DNA from: a virus
Taxonomy: Duplodnaviria > Caudoviricetes
IMG/VR virus record: IMGVR_UViG_3300011338_000008
Span: 1-30,073 of that record
Length of the DNA stretch: 30,073 nt
Direction: 5' to 3' (one strand)
The translations under genes were made by a program, and so were the position numbers. This document shows, one piece after another, positions 9,770 to 16,431 of the stretch (its first letter is position 1; each line of letters opens with the position of its first letter). Below the pieces are notes generated by a model. The model was not told where the DNA came from. It was given only the letters and a program-made list of their open reading frames with translations, and did not search any database.

Positions 9770-10732
9770 ATGGCATATCCAACACCAGCGGTAACCACAA
9801 CAACCGCAGCAACCTTCATCCCAGAAATCTGGAGTGATGAAATCGTAGCCGCCTACAAGAAAAACCTTGTATTGGCTAACATCGTAATGAAGATGAACTT
9901 CAAGGGCAAGAAAGGTGACACAGTTCACATTCCAGCTCCTACTCGTGGTTCAGCATCAGCTAAAGCGGCATCTACTGCTGTTACTCTGATTGCAGACACC
10001 GAGACTGAAGTTCAAGTCTTGATTAACAAGCACTATGAGTACTCACGCTTTATTGAGGACATCGTAGAAGCACAGGCTTTGTCTAGCTTGCGTAATTTCT
10101 ATACTGCTGACGCTGGCTATGCGCTTGCCAAGCAAGTAGATACCGATTTGATCCAATTGGGTCGTGCCTTCAATGGTGCTACTGTTGGTACAAACGACTA
10201 CGCTACTAGCAATACCACTACCAAGGCTTTCATCGGTTCTGATGGTACTACTGCTTACAACAGCACTAGCTCCAATGCCGCTGCTTTGACTGATGCTGCT
10301 ATTCGTCGCACTATTCAGCGTTTGGATGACAACGACACTCCCATGGATGGTCGTTTCTTCATCATTCCTCCCTCAAGCCGTAACACATTGATGGGTCTTG
10401 CCCGTTATACCGAGCAGGCTTTTGTGGGCAATGGCGACGCAATCCGCAATGGTGAAATCGGTCAACTGTATGGTATCCCCGTGTTCACAACAAGCAATGC
10501 TGACTTTGGTGCTGGTAATTCTGGTACTGATCGTATCTGCTTGATGGGTCATAAGGAATCTATGGTTTTGGTTGAGCAAGTTGGTGTTCGTTCACAGACT
10601 CAGTACAAACAAGAGTACTTGGCTACATTGTTCACATCTGACACTCTGTATGGCGTGAAAGCCATGCGTACAGCCGCTACAACTGGTGCAGCTTTGTCTT
10701 CCAGCGCTTACGCTCTGGCAGTTCCAGCCTAA
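9770..10732 (+). CDS. Major capsid protein (HK97 fold)
   Basis: FIPEIWS, GDTVHIP, GEIGQLYGIPV and DTLYG motifs; AGGAG RBS; followed by a terminator. Confidence 0.93.
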   Translation: MAYPTPAVTTTTAATFIPEIWSDEIVAAYKKNLVLANIVMKMNFKGKKGDTVHIPAPTRGSASAKAASTAVTLIADTETEVQVLINKHYEYSRFIEDIVEAQALSSLRNFYTADAGYALAKQVDTDLIQLGRAFNGATVGTNDYATSNTTTKAFIGSDGTTAYNSTSSNAAALTDAAIRRTIQRLDDNDTPMDGRFFIIPPSSRNTLMGLARYTEQAFVGNGDAIRNGEIGQLYGIPVFTTSNADFGAGNSGTDRICLMGHKESMVLVEQVGVRSQTQYKQEYLATLFTSDTLYGVKAMRTAATTGAALSSSAYALAVPA

Positions 10733-10743
10733 TAGTTGCCTTT

Positions 10744-10775
10744 TCCCCTCGCCTTAATCGGTGGGGGGATTTTTT
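10744..10775 (+). terminator. Rho-independent terminator after the capsid gene
   Basis: TCCCCTCGCC-ttaatc-GGTGGGGGGA 10-bp stem (2 G-U pairs) followed by T6. Confidence 0.88.
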
Positions 10776-10796
10776 CTAATCTAGGAGGAATATATT

Positions 10797-11120
10797 ATGG
10801 CAACCGCATCATCGGTAACATCTCGCAGAGGTAACGATCAATTCCGTGGAATTTTCAGCGACACTTGGGTGGTTCGAGCCACTCTTGACGCTGGTTCATT
10901 GGTTGATGGTGCAGGCGAGACTGACGACATCACAATCCCTGGCGTAGCTTTGGGTGATATGGTCATTGGCGCATCTTTGGGTGTGGATTTGGTTGGTTTG
11001 ACAGTAACAGGCTATGTCTCTGCTGCAAACACAGTTAAATTCCGTATCCAGAATGAATCTGGCTCAACTGTTGACTTGGCATCTGCGACACTCCGTGTTG
11101 TCGTAGCTCGCATGGTCTAA
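10797..11120 (+). CDS. Putative capsid decoration/cement protein
   Basis: 107 aa, beta-rich, directly after the capsid gene; strong AGGAGG RBS. Confidence 0.6.
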   Translation: MATASSVTSRRGNDQFRGIFSDTWVVRATLDAGSLVDGAGETDDITIPGVALGDMVIGASLGVDLVGLTVTGYVSAANTVKFRIQNESGSTVDLASATLRVVVARMV

Positions 11121-11122
11121 AT

Positions 11123-11148
11123 AAGTGGGGGCTAATAACCCCCATTTT
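11123..11148 (+). terminator. Hairpin / probable weak terminator
   Basis: AAGTGGGGG-ctaataa-CCCCCATTT followed by T, directly after the stop codon. Confidence 0.55.
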
Positions 11149-11157
11149 GGAGTAAAT

Positions 11158-11355
11158 ATGGCTACTTATCGTTGTCTTCAAAGCGGTCAAACTGTGACTT
11201 TTACCTATCAACATGACATTGATAGCATGAAAGGTCATCAAGGCTATGTCAGAATTGATGAACAAGAAGTTGAGAATAACGATAAACAGCTAGTTTTAGC
11301 ACCTCCAAAACCTATCAAAAAGGCTGGTAGGCCAAGAAAGGTAGCAAATGTCTGA
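11158..11355 (+). CDS. Hypothetical protein with C-terminal AT-hook-like KKAGRPRK (start moved to 11158)
   Basis: GGAG RBS before ATG 11158; 65 aa. Confidence 0.7.
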   Translation: MATYRCLQSGQTVTFTYQHDIDSMKGHQGYVRIDEQEVENNDKQLVLAPPKPIKKAGRPRKVANV

Positions 11356-11551
11356 GATTGATCCAAGAGAGTTTGGCAAGCTAGAAGCTCAAGTTGAGGC
11401 TCTACAGTTAGAAGTTCATGCTCTACGGCAAGACATTAAGTGTCTTTTAGAGATGGCAAACAAGTCTAAGGGTGGTATGTTTGTCGGTATGGCAATAGCC
11501 TCTGTAGTAGGTGGGGTTATCTCTTTTATAGCAACTAAATTACTTCGATAA
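11348..11551 (+). CDS. Small coiled-coil protein with C-terminal transmembrane helix (XhlA/holin-like architecture)
   Basis: Heptad region LEAQVEALQLEVHAL followed by hydrophobic GMFVGMAIASVVGGVISFIA. Confidence 0.65.
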   Translation: MSEIDPREFGKLEAQVEALQLEVHALRQDIKCLLEMANKSKGGMFVGMAIASVVGGVISFIATKLLR

Positions 11552-11559
11552 GGATTTAT

Positions 11560-11745
11560 ATGCCACAAGTAGGAAACAAGAAATTCCCATATACAGAAAA
11601 AGGCGAGAAAGAAGCTAAAGAGTATGGGAAAAAGAAATCCATGCCAGTTACTGTAATGATTGCCATTGGTAAGCCAAAAGCTATGCCTACCCGTGGTGGT
11701 CGTACCGCTACTAACATGATGAAAAAGTCTGGTCGTGGCAAATGA
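11560..11745 (+). CDS. Small Lys-rich protein
   Basis: AAGGA RBS; MPQVGNKKFPYTEKG; 61 aa. Confidence 0.75.
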   Translation: MPQVGNKKFPYTEKGEKEAKEYGKKKSMPVTVMIAIGKPKAMPTRGGRTATNMMKKSGRGK

Positions 11746-11801
11746 AAAAGACTAAAGCAGAAGCCAAAATCAGCAAGGTTATTTCCAGTTTCTGCCTGTA
11801 A
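11742..11801 (+). pseudogene. Truncated original 5' end of the small basic gene at 12281, interrupted by the HNH insertion
   Basis: ATGA-coupled ORF MKKTKAEAKISKV|ISSFCL*; the first 13 aa align with MKTTPKQQQKIAKV; similarity ends at the HNH stop codon (11779-11781). Confidence 0.7.
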
Positions 11802-12282
11802 TGATGGCATGAATTGTTGAAATACTTACATCAAATGCTTTTGCTAAATCAGTCTTTTTTACAGAATTTTTCTCATAAAGATATTTAATAGCACCAACAC
11901 ATCGTTCTGTTAATAATGATCGACCATTATTTTCATGCCAATGTGTTTTATGTTTTATAGAGTCTTTTGCGTTTTGTTCAACAGTTCCATAAGCAAGATT
12001 ATCAACTCTATTGTTAAATTTGTTGCCATCAAGATGTCTTATGACAAGGCCATCAGGTCTTTCTCCAATAAACACTTTAGCAACAAGTTTATGGATGTAT
12101 AAAGATTTTTGAGGTTTGCCATTCAAAGACTTTACAGAAACACTCACATATGGTGTACATATATTGAGTTTTCTAATTTGTCTTCCGTCTGGTAAAATTT
12201 TTGCAAATTGACCAAAATTACTAACTTCGTAAAATTGCTCATAATCAGGTACTTTGGCCCAAACTTCAGAAAGTATTAACAT
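11779..12282 (-). mobile_element. Free-standing NUMOD4-HNH homing endonuclease with C-terminal HTH (start moved to 12282)
   Basis: EVWAKVPDYEQFYEVSNFG (NUMOD4); HKLVAKVF...RHLDGNKFNNRVDNL (HNH); LAKAFDVSISTIHAI (HTH); AT-rich; antisense to the late operon; GGAG RBS 8 nt upstream. Confidence 0.92.
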
Positions 12283-12436
12283 GAAAACAACTCCAAAACA
12301 ACAACAGAAGATAGCCAAAGTATACCGTGAATATAAGGCTGGAACGCTACATTCTGGCAAAAAAGGCCCTGTAGTTAAGTCCAGAGATCAAGCAATTGCC
12401 ATTGCTATTTCCGAGTCTAAAAGGAAAAAGAAATGA
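12281..12436 (+). CDS. Small basic protein (DUF6496-like)
   Basis: KIAKVYREYKAGTLHSGKKGPVVKSRDQAIAIAISE motif; family recalled from memory. Confidence 0.75.
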   Translation: MKTTPKQQQKIAKVYREYKAGTLHSGKKGPVVKSRDQAIAIAISESKRKKK

Positions 12437-12591
12437 AGCAAGGACTCTACGCTAACATTAATGCCAAACAAGAGCGTATCAAGGCTGGTTCAGGCGAAAA
12501 GATGCGTAAAGTTGGTTCTAAAGGCGCTCCTACTGCGGAGGCTTTCAAGATGGCTGCTAAAACAGCAAAGAAACCGAAAAAGGTAAAGTAA
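12433..12591 (+). CDS. Small Lys-rich protein, 52 aa (not in the ORF track)
   Basis: MKQGLYANINAKQERIKAGSGEKMRKVGSKGAPTAEAFKMAAKTAKKPKKVK; ATGA overlap upstream and TAATG overlap downstream. Confidence 0.8.
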   Translation: MKQGLYANINAKQERIKAGSGEKMRKVGSKGAPTAEAFKMAAKTAKKPKKVK

Positions 12592-12884
12592 TGAAATCTC
12601 CAACTTGGCAAACAAAAGAAGGAAAAAACCCCAAAGGGGGCTTGAATGCCAAGGGTAGAGCATCTTATAATGCAGAAACGGGTGGTAATTTAAAGCCACC
12701 AGTAAAGTCGGGCGACAACCCTCGTAGGGCCTCCTTTTTAGCACGCATGGGCAATATGCCTGGGCCTGAGATGAAAGATGGGAAGCCTACTCGACTTCTC
12801 TTATCTCTGAAGGCTTGGGGTGCATCATCCAAGGCAGACGCTAAAGCAAAAGCTAAAGCGATATCAGAGAGGAATAAGAAATGA
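12591..12884 (+). CDS. Basic protein (DUF6321-like)
   Basis: WQTKEGKNPKGGLNAKGRASY...RRASFLARM motif; coupled on both sides. Confidence 0.75.
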   Translation: MKSPTWQTKEGKNPKGGLNAKGRASYNAETGGNLKPPVKSGDNPRRASFLARMGNMPGPEMKDGKPTRLLLSLKAWGASSKADAKAKAKAISERNKK

Positions 12885-13531
12885 CTACCTATTTGCAAGC
12901 AGTTAATGATGTGCTTGTTCGCCTGCGTGAAGAGGAAGTCTCTACTGTTTCCGAAACAACTTACTCAGCATTGATTGGCAAGTTTGTCAACGATGCAAAG
13001 CGTCAGATTGAAGATGCTTATGAGTGGAATGTTCTTGGCACTACAGTCACTATTACTACCACTTCTGGTACTTATTCTTACTCATTGACTGGTTCTGGAC
13101 AGAAGTTTCGTGTTCAAGATGTAATTAACTCGACTAGCAAAATTAGCATGGAGAATGTTACTTTTGCGGCTATGAATCGGTATTTGAACTTTGGTACGCC
13201 ATCTAGTTCAATTCCAATGTATTACACCTTTGATGGTGTAGATTCTAATTACGATACAAAAGTTACTCTGTTTCCCATTCCTGATGGCGTTTACAGTATT
13301 CCATTTAGCTTAATCATTCCACAAGCTGTTTTATCTAGTGACAGCACAGTTATCTCTGTTCCTGCTGAATTAGTCGTTCAGAACGCTTATGCAAGGGCTT
13401 TAGTTGAGCGTGGTGAGGATGGTGGATTGAATTCTTCTGAGGCTTATCAGTTGTATAAGTCTATGCTGTCTGACTACATTGCTACAGAGGCTACTCGTTA
13501 TCCTGAATTTGGCTCTTTTGAGGCTGTTTAA
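12881..13531 (+). CDS. Head-tail adaptor / tail tubular protein A-like
   Basis: 216 aa; N-terminal helix YLQAVNDVLVRLRE; lies before the nozzle gene. Confidence 0.72.
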   Translation: MTTYLQAVNDVLVRLREEEVSTVSETTYSALIGKFVNDAKRQIEDAYEWNVLGTTVTITTTSGTYSYSLTGSGQKFRVQDVINSTSKISMENVTFAAMNRYLNFGTPSSSIPMYYTFDGVDSNYDTKVTLFPIPDGVYSIPFSLIIPQAVLSSDSTVISVPAELVVQNAYARALVERGEDGGLNSSEAYQLYKSMLSDYIATEATRYPEFGSFEAV

Positions 13532-15090
13532 TGGCTCAAGCTATCCAAACCTTCAGCATATCTGCGCCAGGCTTCTACGGCCTGAATACGCAAGACAGCC
13601 CATTAGATTTGGCTGCTGGATTTGCTTTAGTTGCAACCAACTGTGTCATTGACCAATATGGTCGTATTGGCTCAAGAAAAGGTTGGACAAAGGTTAATTC
13701 ATCTTCTGGAAACCTTGGTGCTAATGATGTTGGCGTGATCCATGAGTTAGTTCAGACTGATGGCACTTTGACTGTTTTGTTTGCTGGCAACAATAAGTTG
13801 TTTAAGCTCGATACTTCTAATGCTGTTACAGAATTGACCTATGGGGGGGGTGGTACTGCTCCTACCATTACTGCAAGTAACTGGCAATGTGCGTCTTTGA
13901 ATGGAATCACATATTTCTTTCAAACAGGTCATGACCCATTGATTTATGACCCTGCTGTTAGCACTACAACTTATCGCAGAGTGAGTGAGAAGTCTGGTTA
14001 TGCAGGGACTGTTCCTTCTGCTAACTTGGCTATTTCTGCCTTTGGTCGTTTGTGGGTGGCAAGTACTGCGTCAGACAAGACAACAGTAACTTTCTCTGAT
14101 TTGCTAACTGGTCACATTTGGACTGGTGGCACTTCTGGTTCATTGAATGTCAATCAGATTTGGCCTAATGGTGCTGATGAAGTACAAGCCTTGGCTGCTC
14201 ACAATGGCTTCTTGTTTATCTTTGGTAAACGACAGATTCTTGTTTATCAAGGTGCTACAAGTCCGTCTACGATGACTTTGTACGACACCATTGGTGGCAT
14301 TGGTTGTTTGGGTCGTGATACTGTTCAGACTACTAGCTCTGATGTGATTTTCTTGTCTAACAGCGGTGTTCGTTCATTGATGAGAACGATTCAAGAGAAG
14401 TCTGCTCCAGAGCGTGATTTGTCTAAAAATGTTCGCAATGATTTGATGACTTCTGTTGCGGCTCAAACATTGTCAAACATCAAGTCTGTTTATTCAGAGC
14501 GTGAAGGATTCTACTTGTTGACAATGCCTGCCAATCAGTCTGTTTACTGTTTTGACACAAAGGTCATGTTGCAAGATGGTTCTTCTAGAGTAACAACTTG
14601 GGACTCTATTGCTCCTACTGCTTTCTTGTCTCGTAGAAATGGTGATTTGTATCTTGGTAAGAATGGTTACATTGGTACTCATGCAGGATATCTAGATGAC
14701 ACATCTAATTATCGTATGTTGTATTACACAAACAACGCAGACCTTGGCAATCCGAATCAAACATCAATATTGAAGAAAATCTCTGTTGTTGTCATTGGCG
14801 GTAAAAATCAAACAATGACTGTCAAGTGGGGTTTTGACTTTAGAGCTAACTATTTAAGCGCTACCAGATCAATAACCAGTCAAAGTATTGCTGAGTATGG
14901 CACTGCTGAATATGGAGCGAATGCAACAACTATTGCTTACTACTCTAATGGTGTTGCTTTGAATACTTTAACTGTTCCTGCAACTGGCAATGGAAAAGTT
15001 GTACAAACTGGTTATGAATCTGACATAAATGGAAATCAATTGTCAATTCAGAAAATTGAAATTCAAGCTAAGAATGGGAAGATATCATGA
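13531..15090 (+). CDS. Tail nozzle / tubular protein B (P22 gp10-like beta-propeller)
   Basis: 519 aa, beta-rich; GLN, GRLWVA, FSD and GIGC patterns; position in the podovirus tail module. Confidence 0.75.
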   Translation: MAQAIQTFSISAPGFYGLNTQDSPLDLAAGFALVATNCVIDQYGRIGSRKGWTKVNSSSGNLGANDVGVIHELVQTDGTLTVLFAGNNKLFKLDTSNAVTELTYGGGGTAPTITASNWQCASLNGITYFFQTGHDPLIYDPAVSTTTYRRVSEKSGYAGTVPSANLAISAFGRLWVASTASDKTTVTFSDLLTGHIWTGGTSGSLNVNQIWPNGADEVQALAAHNGFLFIFGKRQILVYQGATSPSTMTLYDTIGGIGCLGRDTVQTTSSDVIFLSNSGVRSLMRTIQEKSAPERDLSKNVRNDLMTSVAAQTLSNIKSVYSEREGFYLLTMPANQSVYCFDTKVMLQDGSSRVTTWDSIAPTAFLSRRNGDLYLGKNGYIGTHAGYLDDTSNYRMLYYTNNADLGNPNQTSILKKISVVVIGGKNQTMTVKWGFDFRANYLSATRSITSQSIAEYGTAEYGANATTIAYYSNGVALNTLTVPATGNGKVVQTGYESDINGNQLSIQKIEIQAKNGKIS

Positions 15091-15638
15091 GTAATTACAC
15101 GAAAAGTACAGACTTTGCTACTAAAGATAATCTTAGTTCTGGCAATCCTTTAAAGATTGTTAAAGGTACTGAGATTGATACTGAGTTCAACAACATTCAG
15201 ACCGCTATTGCGACCAAGTTAGATTCAACTAGTGCCCCAAGCGGTTCTATTGTTGGCACGACAGATACTCAGACTTTGACAAACAAGACTCTGACTAATC
15301 CTACTGTTAACAACTACACAGAGGGTGTTGTGGCTATTGGTACTGTTACAAGTTCCAATACTTTGTCTTTGACCAATGGTACTGTTCAAACAGCAACCTT
15401 GACAGCATCTACTGCTTGCACATTCACGATGCCTACTGCTACAGCAGGAAAGTCATTTATCTTGTTGCTCAAACAAGCCGCATCTACTGGTGGTGGTAGT
15501 GCAACATTTACTGGTGTTAAATGGAATGCTTTTGGTTCTCCGACAGTTTCTGCAACAGCAGGGAAAATGGACATATTTTCTTTTGTGGCTGATGGTACAA
15601 ATTGGTATGGTTCATACACACAAGGTTACACACCATAA
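15087..15638 (+). CDS. Tail-fibre proximal/adaptor protein 2
   Basis: N-terminal MSNYTK...EIDTEFNNIQTAI anchor-like segment; C-terminal ~125 aa paralogous to 5746..6246. Confidence 0.75.
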   Translation: MSNYTKSTDFATKDNLSSGNPLKIVKGTEIDTEFNNIQTAIATKLDSTSAPSGSIVGTTDTQTLTNKTLTNPTVNNYTEGVVAIGTVTSSNTLSLTNGTVQTATLTASTACTFTMPTATAGKSFILLLKQAASTGGGSATFTGVKWNAFGSPTVSATAGKMDIFSFVADGTNWYGSYTQGYTP

Positions 15639-16420
15639 TGTTTGCCGCACTAAACTTCATTGCTAACAGTTATGCAACAGCCTCTGCAAGTCAGCAGGCT
15701 TATACGACTGCGGGTACATATTCATGGCAATGTCCTGCTGGTGTAAGTAAAGTTTCTGTCGTTTGCGTAGGTGGTGGTGCAAATGGCAATGGCGATACTT
15801 ATGCTGGTGGCGGTGGTGGTTTGGGCTATAAAAATAACATCTCTGTCATACCAGGCTTTACTTATACAGTTGTTGTTGGAGCTGCTGGTAGTGACTCGTA
15901 TTTCATTGATACATCTACTGTAAAAGGTGGTGGCGCTTCCGCTCCTACTGGTGGCACATACACTGGAGATGGTGGTGGTAATGGCGGTGCTGGCGGTGGT
16001 GATGGAAGCTCTGGCGGCGGCGGTGGTGGTGGCGGTGCAGGCGGCTATTCTGGTAATGGTGGCGCTGGTGGCAGAAACAGTTTTGATGGATCAGCAGGCT
16101 CTGGCGGTGGCGGTGGCGGTGGAGCATCTAAAGCCTATTATGGTTCTGGTGGTGGTGGTGTAGGAATACTTGGACAAGGAACAAGTGGAGCTGGCGGCAC
16201 TATTGATGGCGCTAACTTTAATGCTTTTGGTGGAGAAGGTGGCTCAGGAGGAGCTACTGGTGCTGATGCTGTTGCTGGAGGACAAGGTGGCGCTTATGGT
16301 GGTGGCGGTAGAGCTACTTCTGGTGGGGCTGCTGGCTCAAGTGGCGCAGTAAGAATTATTTGGGCAGGGACTTCTGGTACGACAAGAGCATTCCCATCAA
16401 CAAATACAGGCGATTTGTAA
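15638..16420 (+). CDS. Glycine-rich (polyglycine) fibre tip/adhesin protein (start moved to 15638)
   Basis: TAATG-coupled ATG (MFAALNF); AGTYSWQCPAGVSKVSVVCVGGG...GAVRIIW; many GGGG runs. Confidence 0.8.
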   Translation: MFAALNFIANSYATASASQQAYTTAGTYSWQCPAGVSKVSVVCVGGGANGNGDTYAGGGGGLGYKNNISVIPGFTYTVVVGAAGSDSYFIDTSTVKGGGASAPTGGTYTGDGGGNGGAGGGDGSSGGGGGGGGAGGYSGNGGAGGRNSFDGSAGSGGGGGGGASKAYYGSGGGGVGILGQGTSGAGGTIDGANFNAFGGEGGSGGATGADAVAGGQGGAYGGGGRATSGGAAGSSGAVRIIWAGTSGTTRAFPSTNTGDL

Positions 16421-16431
16421 GGAAAAAAATC

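Noticed and set aside
11779-12320. HNH insertion as a self-splicing group I intron
   Set aside because: The antisense ORF fills almost the whole insert, leaving no room for a ribozyme core; a duplicated start explains gene rescue more simply
13843-13850. G8 homopolymer as a phase-variation tract
   Set aside because: It encodes a Gly linker in frame within a presumably essential tail gene; there is no evidence of length variation
6250-16420. Diversity-generating retroelement or invertase shufflon acting on the two tip genes
   Set aside because: No reverse transcriptase, site-specific recombinase, adenine-specific TR/VR pair or inverted crossover sites were seen in the window
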